Shown one piece after another: positions 17,397 to 26,913 of a DNA stretch of 64,000 nucleotides (position 1 is the first letter of the stretch; each line of letters begins with the position of its first letter). Origin of the DNA: an uncultured Piscirickettsiaceae bacterium (GTDB taxonomy: Bacteria; Pseudomonadota; Gammaproteobacteria; GCF-002020875). The notes beneath the pieces were generated by a model, which did no database searches, had not been told where the DNA came from, and saw only the letters and a program-made list of their open reading frames with translations. The position numbers were made by a program, and so were the translations under genes. The DNA lies in the NCBI GenBank assembly GCA_964344325.1, contig CAYFMX010000001.1:81421-145420 (forward strand). Direction: 5' to 3'.

Positions 17397-18365
17397 ATGC
17401 ATGTAGATACGCTGGAAAACTGGCAACATGAACACGATTTCTCGGTTAAAAACGAGAAAGGCGAAAAACGAACCCTTTATGTCTTGTGGCTAACAGCAAT
17501 TACGATGGTGATCGAGATTGTTGCCGGGAGTATGTATGGCTCAATGGCACTGCTGGCGGATGGCTGGCACATGGGCACACACGTTGCAGCGTTTATGATT
17601 GCGATTTTTGCTTACCGCTATTCGCGCAAACATGCCAATAATCCCGCCTATGCCTTTGGAACTGGAAAAGTAAATGTACTGGGTGGCTTCGCCAGCGCAA
17701 TTGCATTGGCAGTCGTTGCGTTAATGATGATGGTGGAGTCGCTGGAGCGCATTGTGAATCCGTATGCAATTCACTTCAATGAAGCGATTCTGGTTGCTGC
17801 TATTGGATTGTTGGTCAATGTGATCAGCGCATTTTTGCTGAAAGATGATCACCACCACCATCATCACGAGCATGATCACAACCATAGCCACGCGCATAAT
17901 CATAACCATCATCACAGCCACGATCATGACCATAATTTACGTGCGGCATATATGCATGTGCTGGCCGACGCATTGACTTCATTGTTAGCGATTGTGGCTT
18001 TGCTGGCTGGGAAATTCTGGGGTTGGAACTGGCTTGATCCGATGATGGGGATTGTCGGCGCAATCATTATCACACGCTGGGCGTACGGTTTGTTGAGGCA
18101 GAGCAGTCCGATTTTGTTAGATGCCAGTATTGAGGAAAAGTACCGGACAAGCATTGTGCGTGCAATTGAAAGCGACGCGGACAATCGGGTTTCCGATATT
18201 CATGTCTGGAAGGTAGGTGCAAATGATTATGCGGTGATTTTGTCATTGGTGACACATACGCCAAACCGCACGGAACACTACAAGCAATTACTGAAAAAAT
18301 TCCACCAGCTTTCCCATATCACGATCGAGGTAAATCAGTGTGATGGTGAACCCTGTGTTGTTTAG
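17397..18365 (+). CDS. cation diffusion facilitator (CDF) family metal efflux transporter with a His-rich loop
   Basis: 322 aa with six TM segments. LADGWHMGTH and HVLADALTS are the CDF metal-site motifs. The loop reads DDHHHHHHEHDHNHSHAHNHNHHHSHDHDHN. Confidence 0.9.
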   Translation: MHVDTLENWQHEHDFSVKNEKGEKRTLYVLWLTAITMVIEIVAGSMYGSMALLADGWHMGTHVAAFMIAIFAYRYSRKHANNPAYAFGTGKVNVLGGFASAIALAVVALMMMVESLERIVNPYAIHFNEAILVAAIGLLVNVISAFLLKDDHHHHHHEHDHNHSHAHNHNHHHSHDHDHNLRAAYMHVLADALTSLLAIVALLAGKFWGWNWLDPMMGIVGAIIITRWAYGLLRQSSPILLDASIEEKYRTSIVRAIESDADNRVSDIHVWKVGANDYAVILSLVTHTPNRTEHYKQLLKKFHQLSHITIEVNQCDGEPCVV

Positions 18366-18454
18366 TAATTAGCTATATGAAGATCAGATATAATCGAAAC
18401 TGCTTGTGTAAATGAAAATAATTCGTATTATTTATTCGTCTACGACTAATATTC

Positions 18455-18482
18455 TTAATTATTGATAAATATCATTTTTTAC
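18455..18482. promoter_or_regulatory. weak Fur-box-like AT-rich hexamer array upstream of feoA
   Basis: AATTATTGATAAATATCATTTTTTAC. GATAAATATCATTTTTTAC matches the 19-mer consensus at 12 of 19 positions by my count. The location is the expected one for feo operons. Confidence 0.3.
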
Positions 18483-18503
18483 TCATTATTGGGGGGAGAT
18501 ACG

Positions 18504-18731
18504 ATGACACTCAAAGAGATGCCGGTTGGAAAAAAGGGATACGTAAAAGGCTATGGTCGTGGTTCGCACGGATACCGTCGGAAATTATTAGCGATGGGAA
18601 TGACCCCAGGCACCGAGTTTGAAATCCATCGTTGTGCGCCGATGGGTGATCCGGTGGAAGTACGAGTGCGTGGATTCTCCCTCAGTTTGCGCCGGGGTGA
18701 GGCAGAATCAGTGATGGTGGAACACGCGTAA
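18504..18731 (+). CDS. feoA: ferrous iron transport protein A
   Basis: Start chosen at ATG 18504, after GGGGGGAGA. The product MTLKEMPVGKKGYVKGY....LLAMGMTPGTEFEIHRCAPMGDPVEVRVRGFSLSLRRGEA is an FeoA SH3-like domain. Confidence 0.85.
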   Translation: MTLKEMPVGKKGYVKGYGRGSHGYRRKLLAMGMTPGTEFEIHRCAPMGDPVEVRVRGFSLSLRRGEAESVMVEHA

Positions 18732-18881
18732 TAAAAACCATCCCGCTGCCTCGCTCTCCCTCCACAGGAAGGTAATTCCCCTTTGTTTGAAGGGTAAGCA
18801 TACAACGCCTGACAGAGTCGTTTTCTCCAAAACAACTCTGTCCGTAAGCACAATTTCAGCGATTAGGAATCATAGTAAGAA

Positions 18882-21221
18882 ATGGATCAGACCAGAAAAA
18901 TAGAAGTCGGCGTAGTCGGCAATCCCAACTGTGGAAAAACGACGCTCTTTAATGCGTTGACTGGCGCAAAACAGCAAGTTGGCAACTGGCCCGGTGTGAC
19001 AGTGGAGCGCAAAGTCGGGCATTTTTCCTATCAGGGAACTGAATTTGAACTGGTTGATCTACCCGGAACCTATTCACTGGATGTGGCTGATGCGGCGGTT
19101 TCGTTGGATGAGAAAATCGCACGTGAATATGTAGCCGAACGCGAAGCCGATGTAATCGTCAACATTGTCGATGCGTCGAATCTGGAGCGGAATCTTTACC
19201 TCACGTCGCAATTGCTGGAGATGAAAGTACCGACAGTGGTCGCGCTCAACATGCTGGATATGGCAGAGGAGCACGGCATCCGCATTGATGCAGATCAATT
19301 GGCGAAAAATCTGGGTTGTCCGGTCGTTGCCATCGTTGCTTCCAAAGAAGAAGGAGTCGATGAGCTGCAGGCGCAAATCCTCAACATTGCGCAAACGCAG
19401 GCGATTCCAGAGATCAAAATTGAATACGCGCCAGTGTTGGAACAGGCGGTGGAAAAAATCGTCGCAGAAACAGGTGATGTGGCGAAAACGCATCATTTCG
19501 ACCCGCGTTGGGCAGCACTGGAATTGCTGGAAGGAGATATTCTCATCTCCAAGCGGATCGGCAAGCACATGGACAACCCACCTGCGTATGATGCGTTACG
19601 CCAGCAAATTGAGGACGAGCTGGACAATGACCTCGACATCATCATCGCCGATGCACGCTATACGTGGGTCAACCAGATCACCAAAGATGCGGTGAATCGG
19701 GCGGGACGAGTCAAACGCACGCTGACTGACAAAATCGACAATGTGATGATCAACCGCTTTTTGGGCATCCCGATTTTCCTTGGTGTGATGTACCTGATGT
19801 TCATGTTCACCATTAACATCGGTGGCGCATTTATTGATTTCTTCGATATTTTGTTCGGCACAGTATTAGTAGATGGGCTGGGCAACTGGATGTCCAGTAT
19901 TGGCGCACCAGAATGGCTCATTGTTGCAATGGCAAACGGCATTGGTGGTGGTATCCAGACGGTCGCGACCTTTATTCCGATTGTCGGATTTCTTTTTCTG
20001 TTTTTATCGGTGTTGGAAGATTCCGGCTACATGGCACGTGCAGCATTTGTGATCGACCGCTTCATGCGTTTCATCGGTTTGCCGGGGAAATCGTTTGTGC
20101 CTCTGATTGTCGGGTTTGGCTGTAACGTCCCGGCAATTATGGCGACACGTACATTGGAAAATTCCCGTGACCGCATTTTGACGATCATGATGAACCCGTT
20201 CATGTCCTGTGGGGCGCGATTGCCGGTTTATGCGCTTTTTGCGGCGGCGTTTTTTCCGATCGGCGGACAAAATGTCGTCTTTGGTCTGTATCTGATCGGC
20301 ATTCTCGCAGCGGTTTTGACTGGTTTGGTGATGAAAAACACGTTGTTGCAGGGGCAAAGTTCGCCGTATGTGATGGAGATGCCACCGTATCATTTACCGA
20401 CGGCAAAAGGCATTTTGATCCGCACCTGGGAGCGGCTGAAAAACTTCATCTGGAATGCGGGTAAGGTGATTGTGCCGATGGTATTGGTGCTCAACTTTTT
20501 GAACTCTGTCGGCACCGACGGTCAGTTTGGGCATGAAAACAGTGACCAGTCCGTGCTGAGTGAAATTGGTCGTACGCTCACCCCTGCGTTCGCGCCGATG
20601 GGGATGGAAGAGGAAAACTGGCCTGCGGCAGTCGGTGTCTTCACTGGCGTGCTGGCGAAAGAAGCAGTCGTCGGCACATTGGATGCGCTCTATACCGAGC
20701 TGGCGAAATCGGATGCAGCAGAACAGGGCGTTGTGGAGGAAGAAGAGGAATTCAGTTTCTCCGATGGTATTGCCGAGGCATTTCAGTCGATTCCGGATAA
20801 TCTGGCGGGCGTTTCCGACATGGTGCTTGACCCACTCGGCATTCAAATTGGCGATGTGAGCAATCTGGAAACCGCAGCGGAAGAACAGGAAGTTTCGACC
20901 GGCACATTCGGCGCAATGCAGGCGCGGTTTGATGGACAAGTTGGCGCATTTGCCTATTTGTTGTTCATTTTGCTCTATTTCCCCTGTGCGGCAGCAACGG
21001 CAGCGGTTTATCGTGAAGCCGGAATGAAATGGACGATTATGGTGGCAGCGTGGACGACTGGCATCGCCTATATCGCTTCCACGGTTTACTATCAATTAGG
21101 CACATTTGCACAACATCCGGGTAGTTCCATTGCGTGGAGTGCAGGAATGATTGGGTTGTTTCTTGCTGTGGTACTGGCGATGCGTTTGTGGAGTCGGCAA
21201 CAAACGGAGCTGGCAGGATGA
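18882..21221 (+). CDS. feoB: ferrous iron transporter B
   Basis: 779 aa. The N-terminal G-domain shows GNPNCGKTTLFNALTG and DLPGTYSL, followed by a polytopic membrane domain. Confidence 0.95.
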   Translation: MDQTRKIEVGVVGNPNCGKTTLFNALTGAKQQVGNWPGVTVERKVGHFSYQGTEFELVDLPGTYSLDVADAAVSLDEKIAREYVAEREADVIVNIVDASNLERNLYLTSQLLEMKVPTVVALNMLDMAEEHGIRIDADQLAKNLGCPVVAIVASKEEGVDELQAQILNIAQTQAIPEIKIEYAPVLEQAVEKIVAETGDVAKTHHFDPRWAALELLEGDILISKRIGKHMDNPPAYDALRQQIEDELDNDLDIIIADARYTWVNQITKDAVNRAGRVKRTLTDKIDNVMINRFLGIPIFLGVMYLMFMFTINIGGAFIDFFDILFGTVLVDGLGNWMSSIGAPEWLIVAMANGIGGGIQTVATFIPIVGFLFLFLSVLEDSGYMARAAFVIDRFMRFIGLPGKSFVPLIVGFGCNVPAIMATRTLENSRDRILTIMMNPFMSCGARLPVYALFAAAFFPIGGQNVVFGLYLIGILAAVLTGLVMKNTLLQGQSSPYVMEMPPYHLPTAKGILIRTWERLKNFIWNAGKVIVPMVLVLNFLNSVGTDGQFGHENSDQSVLSEIGRTLTPAFAPMGMEEENWPAAVGVFTGVLAKEAVVGTLDALYTELAKSDAAEQGVVEEEEEFSFSDGIAEAFQSIPDNLAGVSDMVLDPLGIQIGDVSNLETAAEEQEVSTGTFGAMQARFDGQVGAFAYLLFILLYFPCAAATAAVYREAGMKWTIMVAAWTTGIAYIASTVYYQLGTFAQHPGSSIAWSAGMIGLFLAVVLAMRLWSRQQTELAG

Positions 21222-21436
21222 TCCTTTCCGAACTCTCTGTCTATTTGCGCGAGCATAAACGCGCACCGTTGACGGATTTGGCAAACAGGTTTGATGCTGA
21301 TCCTGATGCGTTGCGCGGTATGCTGGAAACGTGGATGCAGAAGGGCAAAGTGAGCAAATTGGAAAACAACAGCACTTGTGGCGGATGCTGTAAGTGTGAT
21401 CCAGCCAGTTTGGAAGTTTATGAGTGGGTAGGATAG
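21218..21436 (+). CDS. feoC: FeoC-like winged-helix protein
   Basis: The ATG at 21218 overlaps the feoB stop (ATGA). MILSELSVYLREHKRAPLTDLANRFDADPDALRGMLETWMQKGKV... is followed by the Cys cluster CGGCCKCD. Confidence 0.75.
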   Translation: MILSELSVYLREHKRAPLTDLANRFDADPDALRGMLETWMQKGKVSKLENNSTCGGCCKCDPASLEVYEWVG

Positions 21437-21449
21437 TTCTGTTTCAAAA

Positions 21450-21680
21450 TCAATAATGTGGCGGTGGCGTTTCTTCGGAGAGCGGTTTGACTGGAGACGT
21501 AGTCACTTCCTTCAAACGTTTTTCAGTTTGAACGACACGGTTACGCAATTGCATCACTTCCAGTTGCAGCGCAGAGACAATCTGGTTCAACTCTTCAATG
21601 TGCTGCTCCTGAAAGGCAAGGCGACTTTCCAAATCTTCCATTTTGGTGTGGTCAGCATGATCGTTCAAATGATCGCTCAT
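21450..21680 (-). CDS. slyX: SlyX family protein
   Basis: 76 aa. LESRLAFQEQHIEELNQIVSALQLEVMQLRNRV is the SlyX coiled-coil signature. Confidence 0.8.
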   Translation of the reverse strand: MSDHLNDHADHTKMEDLESRLAFQEQHIEELNQIVSALQLEVMQLRNRVVQTEKRLKEVTTSPVKPLSEETPPPHY

Positions 21681-23626
21681 TAGACTTGCTCCTCCAAAAC
21701 TTCCCAGCGGTCGTAGGCTGCAGAGAGCAACGGCTCCAATGCCGCAAGTTTTTCGGTGGTCTCTTTCATTTCATCTGGAGTAGCGTTTTGGAAAAATTCG
21801 GGGTCAGCGAGTTTTTCCTGAAGCGCAGTTTGCTCCTCTTCCATCTCTTCGATTTGTTTGGGGAGTTTTTCCAATTCCAGTTTTTCTTTGTAGGAAAGTT
21901 TCTTTTTCGCTGGATTTTTCGAATTGTCTGTATTTTTCTCTGCTTTTTTCGTTGTTTTTGCAGATTTTCCTGATTTTTCTTCGGGTTTTTTCTGCTTTTC
22001 TAGATTTTTCGCGGTTGAAACTTCGTCAAAAGCAGGTTTGCGTTGGCGTATCCAGTCATCATAACCGCCGACGTATTCTTCCAGCTTGCCATTGCCTTCA
22101 AAGACGATTGTGCCGGTGACGACATTGTTCAAAAAGGCACGGTCATGGCTGACTAATAAGAGCGTCCCTTTGTAGTCGAGCAGTAATTCTTCCAGCAGCT
22201 CGAGCGTTTCTACGTCGAGATCGTTGGTCGGTTCGTCAAGGACGAGGATGTTCGCTGGTTTGGAGAAGAGTTTCGCCAACAATAATCGGTTGCGTTCGCC
22301 GCCGGAAAGCGTGCTGACCGGGCTGCGTGTCCGCTGTGGCGAGAAGAGAAAATCTTGCAGATAACCAATGACGTGCTTTGGATTGCCGTTGACCATAATC
22401 CGTTCGCGTCCTTCGGCGAGGTTGTCTTGTACGGATTGATCTTCTTTCAGTGTTTCACGGAGCTGGTCGAAATAGGCGATTTCCAGATTGGTACCCTGTT
22501 TCAGTTTACCGGAATCAGGTTTCAGCTTTCCGAGCAGCAGTTTCAACAGCGTACTTTTGCCACAGCCGTTCGGGCCAATAATGCCGATACGGTCGCCGCG
22601 TTCAATCGTGGTGGAGAAATCACGGATCAGCGGTTCGCCGTCGTACACATAAGAGATTTGTGTCGCCTCGACCACAATTTTTCCAGACGATTCCGCCTGT
22701 TGCGCCGTCATTTTTGCATTGCCGGTGCGGTTGCGGCGTTGGCTGCGTTCTTCGCGCAATGCTTTCAATGCCCGCACGCGCCCTTCATTCCGGGTGCGCC
22801 GCGCCTTGATCCCTTGCCGAATCCAGACTTCTTCTTGCGCCAGCTTTTTGTCAAACAACGCATTAGCACGCTCTTCCTCTTCTAACGCTTGCGCTTTTTT
22901 CTCCAGATAGGTGTCGTAGTTGCCCGGCCAACTGGTGAGGATACCGCGGTCGAGTTCGATGATACGAGTGGCGAGGCGGCGCAGAAAAGCGCGGTCATGG
23001 GTGATGAAGAGCAGCGTGAGGTTTGCGCCAAGCAGAAATTCTTCGAGCCACTGGATCGATTCAATATCGAGGTGGTTGGTCGGTTCGTCGAGCAGAAGCA
23101 AATCGGGCTGTTGGACGAGGGCTTGCGCAAGCAACACGCGGCGTTTCATCCCGCCGGAGAGGGTTGAAAATTCAGCTTCCGGATCGAGCGCCATCTTGGA
23201 GAGCACCGTTTCGATCTGTTGTTGCAGATTCCAGCCGTTGCACGCGTCGAGTTGATGTTGTGCGTGGGCGAGTTCTTCCAGTAATTTTTCGCTGCTGTCG
23301 GTCGCGGTTTGCAGCGCGAGGTGGTGGTAATGGGCGATCAGCTTGCCGATTTCACCGACCCCTTCAGCGGCGATGTCGTAGACCGTACCGGTTGCCTCTT
23401 GCGGTACTTCCTGCTGGAGCCGCGCAATGCGTGTTTCGCCACGTTCGATTGCGCCCTCTTCCGGGATCGCCTCGCCGATGATCACTTTCATCAGTGTTGA
23501 TTTCCCGGTGCCGTTGCGCCCGACCAAACAGAGCCGTTCGCCGGGTTCAATCGTTAAATTGACTTGATCAAGCAACGGCAGGTCGCCGTAGGCAAGGGAG
23601 ATGTTTTGGAGGCGGAGGAGAGTCAT
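21680..23626 (-). CDS. uup: ABC-F family ATPase Uup
   Basis: 648 aa with two ABC cassettes. The linker FDKKLAQEEVWIRQGIKARRTRNEGRVRALKALREER is near-identical to E. coli Uup as I remember it. The tail is a C-terminal coiled coil. Confidence 0.9.
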   Translation of the reverse strand: MTLLRLQNISLAYGDLPLLDQVNLTIEPGERLCLVGRNGTGKSTLMKVIIGEAIPEEGAIERGETRIARLQQEVPQEATGTVYDIAAEGVGEIGKLIAHYHHLALQTATDSSEKLLEELAHAQHQLDACNGWNLQQQIETVLSKMALDPEAEFSTLSGGMKRRVLLAQALVQQPDLLLLDEPTNHLDIESIQWLEEFLLGANLTLLFITHDRAFLRRLATRIIELDRGILTSWPGNYDTYLEKKAQALEEEERANALFDKKLAQEEVWIRQGIKARRTRNEGRVRALKALREERSQRRNRTGNAKMTAQQAESSGKIVVEATQISYVYDGEPLIRDFSTTIERGDRIGIIGPNGCGKSTLLKLLLGKLKPDSGKLKQGTNLEIAYFDQLRETLKEDQSVQDNLAEGRERIMVNGNPKHVIGYLQDFLFSPQRTRSPVSTLSGGERNRLLLAKLFSKPANILVLDEPTNDLDVETLELLEELLLDYKGTLLLVSHDRAFLNNVVTGTIVFEGNGKLEEYVGGYDDWIRQRKPAFDEVSTAKNLEKQKKPEEKSGKSAKTTKKAEKNTDNSKNPAKKKLSYKEKLELEKLPKQIEEMEEEQTALQEKLADPEFFQNATPDEMKETTEKLAALEPLLSAAYDRWEVLEEQV

Positions 23627-23724
23627 GGAGGGAGTCCGATATTACGCAAAAGCGCGGATTGTATAGCGGGTGCGGCTAGAACGCATGGGGAAACAGTTTT
23701 TAACCTTTGTTATGCTTCCAAACT

Positions 23725-25494
23725 ATGATTGATATCTTCATTGAGCTAATTAATTCTGTTTTTAACTCGCCTATTGCAAAAGCCATTGGTTTTACGTGGA
23801 TTCTCTGGGGTGTTTATAACTGGTGGGTATTACATGACAGCAAACGAGTTGATTCTCTGAAAAAACGCATTGCTTGGTTACGCAATGACCAATGGGCAGC
23901 CGTTTACCGTAAGGCATTGGGCGGTTTGTTGGATAAAACCAGCAATTTCATTGGGGATCAGAAACGATTTTCTACACAACCTGCACAACCCAATGGCTGG
24001 ATTCACCGCTGGTTTGGATTGAATCCGTGGAGTCCGCAATCCTATGAATTTAGCCTGAAACTGGCACTAATTTATCCCATTCTCTTTTTATTAGCGGTTT
24101 GGTTTTTTACTGATCAAGGGCAATTTGGGGATATATCTTTTTCCAGTGAAGGAGGATTGAAAATTTGGCAACGCGGTTTGTTTTTAGTCGCGTTGGTTCT
24201 AATTTTTCTATTCTCACGCTGGTTATTTCAACAGTCAACGAAACGAAAATTATGGGGTGTTTTTGCACTGTACAGTTTGTTGGCAATTCTGATGTGGCTA
24301 AATGAAAAAAATTGGAAAGAGAGTATTGAGCTTAGCGCAAGCCTATTCTTTTTCTTTGGTTTGTTGCCTTATGCGGGCGGATGGTTGGGGGCGTTTTTGC
24401 TATTACGCTCTGCGAAACAGGCGCACAAAGAGAGCCTCAACATTGCACTGATTTTTGCTGTTGCTGTTGTTGGTGGTGTTGTTGTTACTGCTACTGCTGT
24501 TGGTGCTGCTATTGCTGTTGGTGCTGCTACTGCTGTTATTGCTGTTAGCGTTGGTGCTGTTGCTGGTGGTGCTATTAGTGCCGTTGCTGCTGCTGTTGTT
24601 GCCGCTGCTATTGGTGCTACTGTTGCTACTGGTACCATTGCTTCTGCTACTGTTACTGCTCCTGCTCTTATTACAGTTGCTATTTCTGCTAGTTTGGTAA
24701 TGACAATTTTCATTTTACAACAACGCATAGCTCAATCTACTCAAAAAATCTGTTGGTTCTGGTTTTTTTATTCAATGGGGATAGTCAGTTTATTATTGTT
24801 TTTCTTCAGTAGTACTGCGGAAATGATGTCAAAAAATGAAGCTATAGATGCAGGAATATTTCTTCTTTTTTTCTTATTATTGCCCATTCTGAATGCTGTA
24901 TTGGACTGGCTTTCATTAGGCATCACTCGCGGGTTATTACAGGCAGTACGAAGCAGGTATCATTCCGATTATACCGCGTTATTGTGGGTTGCGCTGGATT
25001 TATTCATTGCCGTTGTATTGTTGTTTGCAATTAGTATTGTGATGGTTTTTGCTATTGCATTGGTGAATAAAGTGGCTTCACCGAATCTGGTTTTTGATTT
25101 ATATGAAACATTCAAAGGTATTCAGCACAGTATTGAAACATCTATTCCTGCACCGCAATATTACTGGATTTACGCAATGTTTCTTTCCACACTAATTCCC
25201 ACCTTTTTGCATTTTGCAATTGCGGGTGGCGCAACGGCATTGTGGTTTCCGAAACAATGGCGGCAACGGCTAGTGAAAGGATGGGAAAAAGACAACGATA
25301 AGATTGTAGGAATCTGGTTTTACCTGACGTTTGTTCCTGTAATTGGTTTTTTAGTTGTTCCCGGCGCGTTGTTATACGGGCTATATTTAATTGTGACCAG
25401 CATGGATGCCAGCCGATTAATTTGGATGCTGGATTTACTGGAAGCCATTTCTATTTCGATTGACCCGCTTGAAAACCATTTCTATTTCAATTGA
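23725..25494 (+). CDS. polytopic membrane protein of unknown function containing an Ala/Val/Gly/Thr low-complexity block
   Basis: This lies in ORF 23707-25494; the likely start is ATG 23725. It has many predicted TM helices and I recognise no family. The stop lies 6 nt before the next gene. Confidence 0.6.
   Translation: MIDIFIELINSVFNSPIAKAIGFTWILWGVYNWWVLHDSKRVDSLKKRIAWLRNDQWAAVYRKALGGLLDKTSNFIGDQKRFSTQPAQPNGWIHRWFGLNPWSPQSYEFSLKLALIYPILFLLAVWFFTDQGQFGDISFSSEGGLKIWQRGLFLVALVLIFLFSRWLFQQSTKRKLWGVFALYSLLAILMWLNEKNWKESIELSASLFFFFGLLPYAGGWLGAFLLLRSAKQAHKESLNIALIFAVAVVGGVVVTATAVGAAIAVGAATAVIAVSVGAVAGGAISAVAAAVVAAAIGATVATGTIASATVTAPALITVAISASLVMTIFILQQRIAQSTQKICWFWFFYSMGIVSLLLFFFSSTAEMMSKNEAIDAGIFLLFFLLLPILNAVLDWLSLGITRGLLQAVRSRYHSDYTALLWVALDLFIAVVLLFAISIVMVFAIALVNKVASPNLVFDLYETFKGIQHSIETSIPAPQYYWIYAMFLSTLIPTFLHFAIAGGATALWFPKQWRQRLVKGWEKDNDKIVGIWFYLTFVPVIGFLVVPGALLYGLYLIVTSMDASRLIWMLDLLEAISISIDPLENHFYFN
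24455..24695 (+). repeat. cryptic (GNT/ANT)n trinucleotide coding tract
   Basis: About 80 consecutive codons are almost exclusively GCT, GTT, GGT, ACT or ATT. Alternative frames are also open (poly-Leu and Ala/Thr-rich shadow ORFs in the track). Confidence 0.85.
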
Positions 25495-25500
25495 TCCACG

Positions 25501-26415
25501 ATGAATATCAAACGCCGATTGTTTTCGGCACTTTTCCCTATCTTTCTCATTGCACCGCTGATTTTATTGGCCACATCCGCACGCGCAGAGGTGGTTGTGC
25601 TGGTACACGGTATGTTGAGCGATAGCAGCGCATGGGAAAAACAGGGCATTGTTGATTTACTACACCAATACGGCGGCTGGGAGCTTGCTGGATGGGCAGA
25701 ACCATTGCCGGAAGATGCAGACGACGAACCAGAAAACGTTTGGCAAATGCCGGACGCACAGCCGCAACCGGTACGTCGCCTCTATCTGGCAGAACTGCCC
25801 TCACTTGCACCGCTGACCGTGCAGGCCGGGTATCTGGAGGCGTTTCTCGAATCTATCGCCCAAAACAATCCGGAGGAGCCGATTATTCTGGTCGGGCATT
25901 CTGCGGGCGGCGTTGTGGCGCGGATGGTGACGGTTGGAGACGCAATCCCGGAAATTTCAACGCTGATCACTATTGCTTCGCCGCATTTGGGATCACCCTA
26001 CGCGCACCGTGCGCTGGAACTGGCGAACCTCGATTTTCCGTGGAATTTGATGCTCCGGTTTTTCGCGCAGGACAAATACCGGACGTTGCGCCGTGCCCGT
26101 CCGATGATCCGCGATCTGTTGCTGGAACAGCCAGGTAGTGTGCTCCATTTTCTAAATCGTCAGGAACACCCAAATATTGCCTATTACGCAATTCTGCACA
26201 TGCCGCCGAAAGGAAGCACTACACTTTCCAATGACAACCGCAATTTGGTTTCCGATTGGAGCCAGAATCTACGTAATGTTGCGGCATTGCGTGACAAGCC
26301 AGTGACAGTGATTCCGGTCACTTCCGGTCACTTTCTCTCGTGGCGAGATGGGGCATTGTTGTTGATTGTGTTGGAGCAGATCATGCAACAATCAGAAAGA
26401 GACAAAATGCGTTAA
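25501..26415 (+). CDS. exported alpha/beta hydrolase (lipase/esterase-like)
   Basis: Signal peptide MNIKRRLFSALFPIFLIAPLILLATSARA. VVLVHGM is followed by the nucleophile elbow LVGHSAGG. Confidence 0.75.
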   Translation: MNIKRRLFSALFPIFLIAPLILLATSARAEVVVLVHGMLSDSSAWEKQGIVDLLHQYGGWELAGWAEPLPEDADDEPENVWQMPDAQPQPVRRLYLAELPSLAPLTVQAGYLEAFLESIAQNNPEEPIILVGHSAGGVVARMVTVGDAIPEISTLITIASPHLGSPYAHRALELANLDFPWNLMLRFFAQDKYRTLRRARPMIRDLLLEQPGSVLHFLNRQEHPNIAYYAILHMPPKGSTTLSNDNRNLVSDWSQNLRNVAALRDKPVTVIPVTSGHFLSWRDGALLLIVLEQIMQQSERDKMR

Positions 26416-26502
26416 TCATTTTCGCGCATGATTTGAAATATTCCGTCGCTCCCGCTTTTTTGTTCTAATGCGCAGTTTTTTTTCACGTACAGGATCAACA
26501 AA

Positions 26503-26913
26503 ATGCCCAGCCAACCCAGCAAAGAACTCGAAACCTTCGACAACCCGACCCCGGAACGCGACTACACAATTCGCATCCGCATTCCGGAATTCACCTGCCT
26601 TTGCCCCAAAACCGGTCAGCCCGATTTCGCGACGCTCTATCTAGAGTACATCGCCGACCAACAATGTGTGGAGCTAAAATCATTAAAAATGTACGTCTGG
26701 TCATTCCGTGATGAGGGCGCGTTCCATGAGGCGGTCACGAATCAGATTTTGGGGGAACTCGTTGCAGCGACTAATCCGCGTTTTATGCGTTTAACGGCAG
26801 AATTCAATGTGCGCGGCGGGATTTATACGACGGTTGTTGCGGAACATCAGGCAGAAAACTGGACACCGAAGCCGGTGGTACAGTTGCCGGAGGTGGGGAC
26901 GTTTTTGAATTAA
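26503..26913 (+). CDS. queF: NADPH-dependent 7-cyano-7-deazaguanine reductase
   Basis: 136 aa. [24 protein letters not shown] is the QueF type I active-site motif. Confidence 0.9.
   Translation: MPSQPSKELETFDNPTPERDYTIRIRIPEFTCLCPKTGQPDFATLYLEYIADQQCVELKSLKMYVWSFRDEGAFHEAVTNQILGELVAATNPRFMRLTAEFNVRGGIYTTVVAEHQAENWTPKPVVQLPEVGTFLN

Noticed and set aside
17721-18063. Minus-strand ORFs rich in Met/Val/His opposite the CDF His-rich loop.
   Set aside because: They are an artefact of the CAY/GAY repeat that encodes the His/Asp loop on the plus strand.
24369-24728. A poly-Leu ORF (24455-24700, +) and an Ala/Thr-rich ORF (24369-24728, -) inside the trinucleotide tract.
   Set aside because: They are open only because the (GNT)n tract lacks stops in several frames. 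The frame continuous with the flanking 590-aa membrane protein is the coding one.
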